A stretch of 63,056 nucleotides of DNA, counting the filler, from Octopus bimaculoides (taxonomy: Eukaryota), in NCBI RefSeq assembly GCF_001194135.2. It is 5 parts of 4 records of this genome, joined end to end, with 100 filler letters (N's around TTAATTAATTAA, not from the genome) between each part and the next. Parts side by side here need not be neighbours in the genome. Positions count along the whole stretch, not along the records: positions 21,907 to 41,482 come from NC_068981.1; 4 more parts are not named here. One strand, 5' to 3'. Position 1 is the stretch's first letter, and every line of letters starts with the position of its first letter. A program made the position numbers and the translations under genes. Under the pieces are notes generated by a model. It worked only from the letters and a program-made list of their open reading frames with translations. It was not told the origin of the DNA and did not search any database. Shown here in pieces: positions 24,033 through 35,300 of the stretch.

Positions 24033-25194
24033 GTATATATAATGCCAGCACTAGGGTTGATTTCACACTCTCTCTCTCTTTTTCTCTCCCTCTTTGGAAG
24101 ATAATGACTGTCCAGAGGAGAGAGATGAGCTCCTCTTCGTAGTAAACTGTCCATGATGTGACATATGCTATAATGGCACTCCTACAACTTCATCAAGAAT
24201 TGAGAGCCCATGGCATGGTATCTTGCATAATTTTGTACGGACATGGTATTATTTAATGATATTGCTCAATGAGATATTATACCCAGATGTGATAATTCTT
24301 TGATAATTCTTAACAAGAACAGCAAATCTTTTCAAACAAGATCCTTCTCAAATAGGTTCCATAAAACCTGAAATTGATTATGAAGAAAGGTTGTTGTGTC
24401 AAAGACAACCAATTTAAAGAATAGATTTAAAGGATATTAAAAGAACATTAAATTTTGAAATGCCTTTCTTAACATTGCAGAAGTGTCAGCATTTACAGAT
24501 TTAGTCTATTGGTTATGGGAACTGTGAAATAAATTCACAAGGTTATGAATCTGTTTAGAATAACAATCAACTATGTGTGTGAAACAGAAAAAGTTTTAAT
24601 GGCTAAATAGATAAAGTGTCACATACATTTAGTTGAACAGTTCTCACTTTATTTTCCATTATTGGAATTATACTGTATTTCTGAGACCTTCAACACTTCC
24701 AGCTTCCATTTATACTGCATATACTTGTATGATGTGTTCTACAACTTAGCTAACAGATATAGTTGTTACCTCTCACTTACACAGACTTCTTCAGATTATG
24801 ACATAATGATATTATTAACGTGGTGAGCTGGCAGATTAATTAATTACTATGACAGATAAGATGCTTAGCAGCTTTTCTTCTGGCTCTTTTATAATCTGAG
24901 TTCTAATCCTGTTGAGATCAACTTTGCCTTTCATCTTTTCAGGATCAATAAAATACCAGTCATGTACTGGGGAGTTGGTGTAATCAATTTACCCAATTGC
25001 TCACTGAAATTGCTGGCCTTGTGCCAAAATCCGAAACAACAATGATCATCATCGTCGTCATTGTCATCGTCGTCGTCATCATCCTCATCATCAGCAGTAG
25101 CAGGGCAGTGGATCGACTGTGGATTTGCAAATCCTGGGATCAATGGAATTGATTAACATCCTTTCTCTCAAAATTGTTGGCTTTGTAATTATAT

Positions 25195-25445
25195 TTTGAA
25201 AGTTTCTCCATTTATTTCAGAGAAACGTTGTCATCTGTTGGTATTGATGCATCAATTAGAAAGCATTTTTTTTCTTCATGATCTCTGACAACTATATCTG
25301 GCCTATTGGCCTTAATTTCTCTATCTGTGTATATTGGCATATCCCATAGTATTGTTGCTTTCTCATTTTCAGTGACCTTTTGACGTGTGCTTATACCATC
25401 TTTTTCCTGTTGTTATTCCATAGTGTTGGCATAGTTTTCAGTGTA
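25195..25445 (-). mobile_element. R4/Dong-type non-LTR retrotransposon fragment (restriction-like endonuclease domain)
   Basis: KVTENEKATILWDMPIYTDREIKANRPDIVVRDHEEKKCFLIDASIPTDDNVSLK is the RPD...D-x-K/P RLE signature. Confidence 0.85.
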
Positions 25446-25469
25446 TGTAGGTCCCAACTCTGTCGTGTC

Positions 25470-25958
25470 TCGCAAGCTGGCAGAATCAATAACACACTGG
25501 GCAAAATGCTTAGCAGTAATTTGTCTGTCGTTATGTTCTGAGTTCAAATTCAGCTGAGGTCAACTTTGCTTTCCATTCTATTGGGGTTGATAAATTAAGT
25601 ACCATTTGCATACTGGGGTTGACTAATTGACTGGCTCCTTCCCATCAAATTTCAGGCCTTGTGCCTAAAGCTGAAAGGATTATTTTTAATAATTTTTATT
25701 ATTATTATTATTATTATTATGTTTGTCTAAGACATTGTGTTGGTGGAATCGGTTGAGCATCAAGATAAATGCTTTGCGGCATTTGTTCCAGTTCTTTACA
25801 TTCTGAGTTCAAACCCTATTGAGGAATTTTGCTTTTCATCCTTTCGAGATTGATAAAATAAAGTACCAGTCAAGTTGTAGGAGTCAATGATGTTGACTAA
25901 TCTCCACCTCTTAAAATTGCCAACCTTGTGCCTAAATCAGAAAGCATTATTATTGTTG

Positions 25959-26025
<67 letters not shown>

Positions 26026-26240
26026 GGCAGTGAGCTGGTAGAATCGTTAGCATGTCAGGCAAAATACTTAACAGTATTTCATCTGTTCTGAGTTCGAATT
26101 CCGCTGAGGTCAACTTTGGTTTTCATCCTTTTGGGGTTGATAAATTAAGTACCAGTTGCATACTGGGGTTGATCTAATCGACTGGCCCCTTCCCATCAAG
26201 TTTCAGCCCTTGTGCTTAAAGCAGAAAGGATTATTATTAT
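25470..26240 (+). mobile_element. Three stacked copies of tRNA-derived SINE family B separated by (TTA)n
   Basis: Head gtgagctggcagaatcgttagc...ttctgagttcaaattccgc, core gcctttcatcctttcggggtcgataaattaagtaccag, tail ggccttgtgcctaaa..gaaagg(att)n. Copies at 25470-25690, 25735-25950 and 26025-26240. Confidence 0.88.
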
Positions 26241-26250
26241 TATTATGCTT

Positions 26251-26878
26251 AGGCCTCACCGAGGCAATGACTTCTGACCGAGACCTTTGGAATTATGCGG
26301 TGCGTGAGAAGACCCGGCAAGCCAAATGAGACCTAAATCCAAGGCCTCTGCCAGGGGTGTAGCCAGCCCACTTATGCATACCTTCCTTCATTGAACANNN
26401 NNNNNNNTGGGGCAAGTGAAAGCGAAATCGTGATGGCACCTGTGCCCAGCGTCGCCTTCCTGGCACTTGTGCTGGTGGCACGTGTAAAAACATTCAAGCG
26501 AGATCATTGCAAGTGCCGCTGGACTAGCTCCTGTGCAGGTGGCACATAAAATACACCATTTTGAGCGTGGCCATTGCCAGTACCGCCTCACCGGCCCTCG
26601 TGCCGGTGGCACGTAAGAGCACCCACTACACTCTCGGAGTGGTTGGCATTAGGAAGGGCATCCAGCTATAGAAACTCTGCCAAATCAGTTTGNNNNNNNN
26701 NNCACTACACTCTCGGAGTGGTTGGCATTAGGAAGGGCATCCAGCTATAGAAACTCTGCCAAATCAGTTTGGAGCCTGGTGTAGCCATCCGGTTCACCAG
26801 TCCTCAGTCAAATCGTCCAACCCATGCTAGCATGGAAAGCAGACGTTAAACGATGATGATGATGATGATGATGATGAT
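26251..26878 (+). mobile_element. Young RTE-tail element with internal modular repeats
   Basis: Starts with the RTE ORF end (ggcctcaccgaggcaatgac...gagaagacccggcaagcc), has gtggcacgtaaaa modules and ends cgttaaac(gat)n. Confidence 0.85.
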
Positions 26879-27921
26879 TCTAAGATAGCAAGCTGGCAGA
26901 ATCATTAACACGCCTGACAAAATGCTTCATAACATTTCTTTTGGTTTTACATTCTGAGTTCAAATGCCACCAAGGTCATATTTGCCTTTCATCCTCTTGG
27001 GATAAGAAAAAGAAATAAGTACCATTTGAGTATTTGAGTGTTATTGAATGTTACTGACAAGCCCTCTCTTCTAAAAGTTTAGATCTTGTTCCTATTGTAG
27101 AAAGAATTATTATGTTTGACTCTAATAGCATGAAGATGTTTTTTGCTTCCCTCTTCAAAACATGTATTCAAACATTTCCATATGAAAATTTCTTTGGAGT
27201 ACTTGTAAGAAGAACTCATTGCCTATGGAGGGGCTGTTCTCAATAGCTGGGAGTAAACCACAAAAAAGAGAGATTTGTTTCACAAAATTATATTTACATG
27301 CATTTATATTTTCACATCTAAAATTGCTGCTTCATGTGATTATGCCACATGGCTAAACACAATGATAGCGTTAAAAAAAAAACAAAAAACAAAAAAAAAA
27401 ACACCGCACAACCAGAAACATATGATGAAGAAGAAGAAGAAGAAGAAGAAGAAGAAGAAGAAGAAGGAGAAGAAGAAGAAGAAGAAGAAGAAGAAGAAGA
27501 AGAACAACAACAACAACAAGAAGGTAGCAAATTATTCATAGAAAAATGTCACAAATTCTTAGATAAATAATTTGGAAGACAGCATCTTTTATCTTTTACT
27601 TCCTTCAGTCATTGAACTGTGGCCATGGATTGTCAATGGATTGACACCTGTATCTCTACTGTTACTTATTTATATTTTATTCACGTATCATGGAATCTGC
27701 TCTTCATAAATATTGTGGACTGTATATTTGATATAATTTATGTGTCTGAATAAATCAAGAGTGGATTTCTTCACTCAGCTGGGTCTAATTATCTACATAC
27801 ATTGCAGAAATAGCATCCATCCAGTACTTATGTACCAAGTTTGATATTTATATAATGTTGTGTGTATATATTATTCCGATCTAACAAGATACCTCAATTT
27901 AAGTACCAAATTCAACTCAAT

Positions 27922-27961
<40 letters not shown>

Positions 27962-27965
<4 letters not shown>

Positions 27966-28338
27966 TTTACTTGTGTTTCAGTCATTTGACTGTGGCCATG
28001 CTGGAGCATCACCTTTAGTCGAGCAAGTCGACCCCAGGACTTATTCTTTATAAGCCTAGTACTTATTCTATCGCTCTCTTTTGCTGAACCGTTAAGTTAC
28101 AGGGACGTAAACACACCAACGTCGGTTGTCAAGCAATGTTGGGGGGACAAACACAGACACAGAAACACACACACACACACATACATATATATGACGGGCT
28201 TCTTTCAGTTTCCGTCTACCAAATCCACTCACAAGGCCTTGTCGGCCCGAGGCTATAGTAGAAGACACTTGTCCAAGGTGCCACACAGTGGGACTGAACC
28301 CGGAACCATGTGGTTTGTAAGCAAGCTACTTACCACAC
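27962..28338 (-). mobile_element. SINE family A copy (additional partial copies at 23240-23430 +, 28561-28716 -, 29210-29770 -, 29870-30180 -)
   Basis: Reverse complement of the 23631-24032 sequence. Confidence 0.85.
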
Positions 28339-28340
28339 AC

Positions 28341-28545
28341 CATCATTGTTTAACGTCCGCTTTCCATGTTGGCATGGGTTGGATGGTTTGACAGGTCTGG
28401 AAAGCCAGTGGCTACACTAGGCTCCAATGTGATCCGGCAATGTTTCTGCACCCAGATGCCCTTCCTAAGGCTAGCCATTCCAAGAGTGTAGTGGGTGCTT
28501 TTTACGTGCCCCCAGAACAGGAGCCAGTCAGGGAGCACTGGCATG
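28341..28545 (-). mobile_element. RTE-tail element between SINE-A copies
   Basis: tttaacgtccgctttccatg...gatgcccttcctaa. Confidence 0.8.
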
Positions 28546-28952
28546 CATATATATATATACTTGATGGCCTTCTTTCAGTTTCCATCTACCGGATCCACTC
28601 ACAAGGCTTTGGTCAGCCTGAGGCTATAGTAGAAGACACTTGCCCAAGGTGCCATGCAGTGGGATTGAACCTGGAACCATGTGGTTAGGAGGCAAACTTC
28701 TTACCACACAGCTATGCCAGTTTCAACAAATGTAAGTCAACAAATATTATTAAAATTATTGAACAGAAATTCTGAAGAAGGAGGATTGGGGTCTTGTGAT
28801 TAATTTGGGACCTCGAAGCAGAAACATTGAATGGGTAAGGAATGGAAAAGAATTGGATGTGTGTATATATATATTGCATAAGTTGTCTTGGAATAAATTT
28901 CTGAAGGTATAAAATTTGTTCTATAAATGTTTAGCGTGCTTTTTGCATTTAC

Positions 28953-28991
28953 TTTCATTTTCTAAACTAGAAAGTTGATCTTTTTGTTGAT
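28953..28991 (-). CDS. Internal coding exon (39 nt, phase 1 to 1), (D)QQKDQLSSLENE
   Basis: Acceptor gaattgttacatttcag, donor GTAAAT. The other two frames have stops. It continues the helical segment of the 31804-31903 exon in phase. Confidence 0.55.
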
Positions 28992-29416
28992 CTGAAATGT
29001 AACAATTCAGTTTTAGTGTGGTGTTACTTTAGGTAAACTTAGATGGGTTGCTAAATTAGGAAAGTTATAAATATATTTGCATTCTGTTCTGAAATACAAA
29101 GAAAAATTCTAGCTGAAGTTTAGAAACTATGTCTGTGAATCTTTGAAGTTTTGCTTGAAATGCCAAGTAAAGAAAACTTCATTTTTTCCTTTTATTATTC
29201 ATTTATTCATTTACTTGTTTCAGTTATTTAACTGCAGCCATACTGGAGCACTGCCTTTAGTTGAACATTACTTATTCTAGTGTTGGGGTTAGGGTTAGCC
29301 AAACTGGTAAGTTACAGGGATATAAACACACCGGCATTGGTTGTCAAGTGATGGTGGGGGACAGGCACACAAATATATACACATATATACATATTCATAT
29401 ATATCATCGTCATAAT

Positions 29417-29563
29417 CATCATCATTTAACGTCCGCTTTCCATGCTAGCATGGGTTGGACGATTTGACTGGGGACTGATGAGCCCTTCCTAACACCAACC
29501 ACTCCAAGAGCATAGTGGGTGCTTTTTACGTGCCACTGGCATGAGGGCCAGTCCAGCGGTACT

Positions 29564-29566
<3 letters not shown>
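29417..29566 (-). mobile_element. RTE-tail element splitting a SINE-A copy
   Basis: Same tail; the SINE-A halves lie at 29210-29400 and 29612-29770. Confidence 0.75.
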
Positions 29567-29611
<45 letters not shown>

Positions 29612-30218
29612 ATGAACTTCTTTCAGTTTCCATCTGCCAAATCCACTCACAAGGCTTTGGTCAGCCTGAGGTTATAGTAGAAGATACTTGCCCAAGGTGC
29701 TACACAGTGGGACTGAACCCAGAACCATTTGGTTGGTAAGCAAGCTACTTACCACACAGCCACTCCTGCATCCTATATTCATCAATTTTATTGTAAAACT
29801 AAATTCAGAATACTTCAAAGGAACAGTTCTTGTTAGGTAATGGTGACCTATTAAATTAAGTATCTTTTGTCTTCGACTATGGCCATGATGGATTACCATC
29901 TTGAAGGATTTTACATGACTCCAGGACTTATTTTTTTTTAAAGTCTGGTACTTATTATATTGGTCACTTTTTGCTAAAGGCTAAGTAAGCAAACGAATAC
30001 CAGTTGTCATTTGGTTGTGTGGGACACACACACAAATGCACAAGTGAATGATGAGTTTCCACACAGTTTCCATCTACTAAATTCACTTACAAAGCATTGG
30101 TTGGTTCAGAGATTTAGTAGAAGACACTTGTCCAAAGTGCCACACAATGGGACTACAGAGCAAGCTCTTTAACAACATGAGGATGCCCTTCATCGATATC
30201 ATCATCATCATCATCATG

Positions 30219-30545
30219 GTTTAACGTCAGCTTTCCATGCTAGCATGGGTTGGACGATTTGACTGAGGACTGGTGAACCAGATGGCTACACCAGGCTCCA
30301 ATCTGATTTGGCAGAGTTTCTACAGCTGGATGCCCTTCCTAACGCTAACCACTCAGAGAGTGTAGTAGGTGCTTTTACATGCCACCGGCACGAAGGCCAG
30401 TCAGGCGGTACTGGCAACAGCCACGTTCGAAATGGTGTTTTTTACGTGCCACCTGCACAGCAGCCAGTCCAGCAGTACTGGCAACAAACTCGCTCGAATG
30501 TCTTTTCACATGCCACTGGCACAAGTGCCAGGAGGGTGATGTTGC
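30219..30545 (-). mobile_element. Young RTE-tail element
   Basis: (CAT)n then ttaacgtcagctttccatgctagcatgggttggacg...; near-identical inverted partner at 32075-32550. Confidence 0.85.
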
Positions 30546-31044
30546 AAAACACACACGCCCACACTCATACATGCACACACAAGGAGACAGAGGTGCATAC
30601 ATATATAAACATGTGCACACACACATACATAAAAAACACACAAGCACATGAATATGCAGAATACATACAGATGCAGAATACATACAGATGCACACACATA
30701 CATACATATATACATATGCATACACACACATATATATACATACACACACATGCATACATACATGCATGCATAGGCACACACACATGCGCACAAACAAACA
30801 AAATAGAATGCAGTGTAAACTACAGATAGAGTCAAGACTATTGAAAAGGTTGCAAGACGCAATGAAAATTTCAGGAAAATAAAAATAAGGAATAAGTGGA
30901 AATTTTACCGGTGAGTGTGTTAAATCATAAGGCACAAAAAGAAAATGACTCTCCCCAGACACAACAGAATATGCTTCAACACACGAACTCACATAAAGAA
31001 TCTTGCAAACCAAATCCTAAAACGAAATATATATATATATATAC

Positions 31045-31428
31045 TTTTTTCAGTCATTTTCTGCCATGCTGGAGCACCGCCTTTTAGTCGAATCAAATCG
31101 ACCCCAGGACTTATTCTTTGTAAGCCTAGTACTTATTCTGTCGGTATCTTTTGCCGAACCGCTAAGTTACGGGGACCTAAACACGCNNNNNNNNNNTCTT
31201 TGTAAGCCTAGTACTTATTCTGTCGGTATCTTTTGCCGAACCGCTAAGTTACGGGGACCTAAACACGCCAGCATCAGTTGTCAAGTGATGTTGGGGGGAC
31301 AAAGACAGACACACAAACATGTATACAAATATATACATATATACGATGGGCTTCTTTCAGTTTCCGTCTACCAAATCCACTCACAAGGCATTGGTCGGCC
31401 CGAGGCTATAGTACAAGACACTTGCCCA
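31045..31428 (-). mobile_element. SINE family A copy
   Basis: ttcagtcattttctgccatgctggagcaccgcc...ggtcggcccgaggctatagtacaagacacttgccc. Confidence 0.85.
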
Positions 31429-31685
31429 CGCACATATGCATATATGTAACAAAGCAGGAAGCTGGAAGATTTTTTGGCATTATGTATTCACCATTACATA
31501 TGTCTCATTTTTGTTATATTATATAACACTGCAAACAATATTTCCAGAATTTTCAGCTCTAATATGTACCTCACATCAATACAACAATGGAACAAATAAA
31601 TACAGGATTGTAATACTGGAATAAGCAGAGTGCTTCAAGAGGACACAATTTAGATTTTATCCTACTTACATCATATGTGTGTGTG

Positions 31686-31753
<68 letters not shown>

Positions 31754-31803
31754 TACACATACACACATATATGTATATATAAAGGAAAGAAAAATATACA
31801 AAC

Positions 31804-31903
31804 CTCTAATTTGAAATTCACGTTTCATTTTTACTTCTTCAAGTAGTTTTTTCTCAAGCTCTATATCTTTTGCAAAATTCCTCTGTATTTTGATAATTCC
31901 TGT
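31804..31903 (-). CDS. Internal coding exon (100 nt, phase 0 to 1), TGIIKIQRNFAKDIELEKKLLEEVKMKREFQIR
   Basis: Acceptor ttttcccctttccattgcag, donor GTTTGT. Single open frame with charged, coiled-coil-like composition and an IQ-like IKIQRNF segment. Confidence 0.7.
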
Positions 31904-32074
31904 CTGCAATGGAAAGGGGAAAATTAACTATAAAATGGAACATGGTATCTCTGAAGAAGTCGCTTGATCTCCTAGAAATCACATCTAACTGACTTCGAAA
32001 TGGAGGGACATATTTGATAATAACTACTGTTGGATATATTAATATTAAGTTCTGAGATCGAAATCGAAATCGTA

Positions 32075-32550
32075 ATTGAACCATATTCGATGACTGGCAC
32101 CTGTGCCAGTGGAGCACTAACAGCACTGTCTGAGCAGGATCATTGCCAGGGCAGCTGTCTGGCTTCTGTGCCAGTGACACGTAAATAGCACCATTTGAGC
32201 GTGATTGTTACCAGCGTCGCCTTACTGGCGCTTGTGCCGGTAGCACATTAGAAAACATGTGAACGAGGTTGTTGCCAGTGCCACTGGACTGGCTCCTGTG
32301 CAGGTGGCACATAAAAAACAGCACTTGAGCATGGCCGTTGCCAGTAACACCTGACTGGCCCTCGTGCCGGTGGCACGTAAAAGCACCCACTACACTCTCG
32401 GAGTGGTTGGCATTAGGAAGGGCATCTAGCTATAGAAACTTTGCCAGATCAGATTGGAGCCTGGTGCAGCCATCTGGTTCACCAGTCCTCAGTCAAATCG
32501 TCTGACCCATGCTAGCATGGAAAGCGGACGTTAAACGATGATGATAATGA
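32075..32550 (+). mobile_element. Young RTE-tail element with several internal modules
   Basis: Repeated gccagt...actggc / gtggcacgtaaaagcacc modules followed by the conserved tail. Confidence 0.85.
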
Positions 32551-32604
32551 TAAAGGACAGAAGGGTCCTGGCTTAAATGCCATTGATCATATGTATGTGT
32601 ATAA

Positions 32605-32860
32605 AGGCATGTAGCTCATTGGTTAGAGTATTTTGCTTATGATCATAATGTCATATGTTTAATTTCCAGTGGTACATTGTGTTCTTAAGCAAGGTACTTT
32701 ATTTTACGTTGCTCCAGTTCACTCAGCTGGTGAAAGCGAGTTCTACTAGTGATTCAAAATGGCCAGCCTTGTTACATTCTGTGTCAAGCTGAATTTCCCT
32801 GGGAACTACATTAAGTGTATTTGTGTCTGTGAAGTACTCAGCCACTTGCATTTTAATTTT
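32605..32860 (+). mobile_element. Probable third tRNA-derived SINE family
   Basis: tRNA-like head gtagctcattggttagagta and a core tgtgttcttaagcaaggtacttt...ttgctccagttcactcagctg resembling conserved SINE central domains. Confidence 0.55.
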
Positions 32861-32864
32861 ACGA

Positions 32865-33810
32865 GCTAGCTATTCCATGCTTGAGGCATATTTGAACTTG
32901 TAAGTAAGCCATTCACTGAATTTTGACATGGAGAAAATTTCTTGCTGAAGAGGTTCACAGTGTACCCTAACCAGACTGGTGGATGCATCCATTTTGGAGT
33001 AGTTATATCCTCTCCAGTACCAGAGACCAGAAAGACAAACACTGTGAACTGACAAGAGACACAGGTCCCTCTTACGATATTCCTGAAATCTTTCAATGAC
33101 TGGTTGTATTAGTTGGCAGCTCCCTAAATAAAATATGGAATGACAGCACTAAGCATTGATGTGTATAAATAGAAACTTATTACCAGTTCAAATGCACTTG
33201 AGAAATATTTGAACCCATAAGGAAGTCATTTACTGGAGAAAGTTTCTTGCTGTTGACAGATAGGTGTAAACACACAAAGTCAGTTTGTAGCTTTCCCTAA
33301 CCAGACTGGTGGATGCATGCATTTTGGAGTGGTTACCCCCCTTCAACACCAGAAACCAGATGTTGCAAACTAACAAGAGAGACAGGTCACTCTTATGATA
33401 TTCTCATCACAGTACCATGGCTGATTGCATTAGTCAGCAGCTCACCATAGGTAAAATATGGAATGAATATGTCTGAAGATTACTTGAATTAGTAACAGGT
33501 TTGTGTTCATAAGCATCACTACTTAGTGCTTTTAATCCATATTTTATTTATGGTAAGCTGCTGGCTAGTGCAACCAGCAATAGTACTATGATAAGAATAT
33601 AATTAGAGTGACCTCTCTCTCTTGTCGTTTTGCAGCATTGCCTTTCTGGTTTCTGGTGCTGAAGAGGAGATAACCACTCCAAAATGCATGCATCTGTAGT
33701 TTGGTTAGGGACACTGCAAGCTGGCTACAGCAAAAAATTTTTAGGTGACAAAATACAGTAAATGGTTTTCTTACGGGCTTGAATATGCCTCAAGCATATT
33801 TGAACTGCTT
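32865..33810. repeat. About 310-bp unit arranged direct-direct-inverted (foldback)
   Basis: The block ccctaaccagactggtggatgcat.cattttggagt..tta occurs at about 32965 and 33295 (+) and reverse-complemented at about 33670-33710. Homology extends over whole units. Confidence 0.8.
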
Positions 33811-33984
33811 ACCACTTTCATTACAATATTATATCAGATATGGTATGTTCTGAGAGCCTCTACATGGTCACTAGATCCACTAGAAATAGCAGTCAAATAA
33901 TCCTTAAATGACACTTTATTCATAACAGAGGGTCTCTTCATCAGAATGAAAGGCATATTAGACAGCTATGCTACATATTATTGA

Positions 33985-34230
33985 ATCATGTCTGCGAATG
34001 CTGAGGATATGTGAAGGCTTGAAAGAAATGAAAGCTGCATGCTCCCCTATATGTTCAATGTTTGTGTGCATGTTCAACAAAGTGTAAATGTTTCAATAGA
34101 AAAATTGGGCATAAAATGCATCAGAGAAGAATACACTGATACGGTCATGTGATGTATATGGATGAAGACAGCTGTACAAAGAAGTGCTGATCTTTAAATT
34201 TTGGGGAAGCTCTAAGAAGATGTGGGACAA
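33985..34230 (+). mobile_element. Degraded RTE LINE fragment
   Basis: Homologous to 8660-8860 (aggcttgaaagaaatgaa...tagaaaaattgggcataa...ggtcatgtgatg). Confidence 0.65.
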
Positions 34231-34754
34231 AATAGTGAAAGATAATCTTCAGATGTTGTTCCTCATGGAAGTGAGGACAAAAGACTGAGATGATTGACAA
34301 TTTGCTGTACTTGAAAAGATACATCCAGTTAAGTATAATTGAGGGCATAAAAGCATGTTCTTTATGTCCCTCCAAACCCCTGCATACAATCTGTCCCAGA
34401 CAAACCTCTTCCCTATATCCCGTCTTCCCAACACTTTCCTGCTTCCACCCATGTCCTCCACTCTCTGTGTATCCCACTTCTTTCTATCTTCCGCTCTCCC
34501 TCAGGAACTTAACTTTACACAATATATGTCCCTGTCAAATCTTTTCCCCACAACATAATCTCCTAACATCCCACCTCTCTCTTTACCTGTGTCCACAAAC
34601 TACATTCCCTCCCCTCCCCTCTATCTCACACTTTCCTTTCACAATCTTGCAACCTTACCCACCCATTCTACTCAATCCCTGGTTCACTTCACTATGTACG
34701 CTTCCCTGTAACCCCATCACAGCTTCAACATCTTGTCCCACCTCTCTTTCTCTC

Positions 34755-34869
34755 CCTCTCCACTCACTCTCTCTCTCTCTCCTTCTCCACTCACTCTCTC
34801 CTTCTCCACTCACTCTCTCCTTCTCCACTCACTCTCTCCTTCTCCACTCACTCTCTCCCTCTCCACTCA

Positions 34870-34920
<51 letters not shown>
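34755..34920. repeat. 19-bp tandem repeat (tccttctccactcactctc)n merging into (CT)n
   Basis: Direct reading of the sequence. Confidence 0.85.
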
Positions 34921-34921
<1 letters not shown>

Positions 34922-35064
34922 CAACTGAGATAGCCTTGTATCACCTCTACTGCATGACACCAGTTTCTGTCCATACTCTGACCTCTCATAACCTGCCACA
35001 AAACCACCTCCCTCAGTGCTCCTCCCCACCATTAACTGAAAAGTCTTGTCCTGCAAGTTACTTG

Positions 35065-35300
35065 GTGACCTCACTGCGGCTGGTGCCACATGCAAATCTC
35101 TCAGTCCACTCTGTAAAATGGTTAATGTTAGGAAGAGCATCCAACGGTAGAAACCCTGCCAAAACAGAAAGTGAAGCTTGGTACACCCATCAAACTGTCT
35201 TGGTGCACTCATCTTGGTGCACTTATCTTGGTGCACTCATCAAATCATCCAACCCATGTCAGTGTGGAAAACGGATGTTAAATTTTGATGATGATGATGA
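35065..35300 (+). mobile_element. RTE-tail element
   Basis: ggttaatgttaggaagagcatccaac...acggatgttaaattttgatgatgat. Confidence 0.75.

Noticed and set aside
24348-24350. In-frame TGA (FMEPI*EGSCLKRFAVL..) as possible selenocysteine
   Set aside because: No SECIS-like AUGA/AA/GA stem-loop is seen downstream and there is no selenoprotein-family similarity; an ordinary stop is simpler.
34290-34928. 212-aa Pro/Leu/Ser-rich ORF
   Set aside because: C/T-rich low-complexity DNA plus the 19-bp and (CT)n repeats; no splice or homology support.
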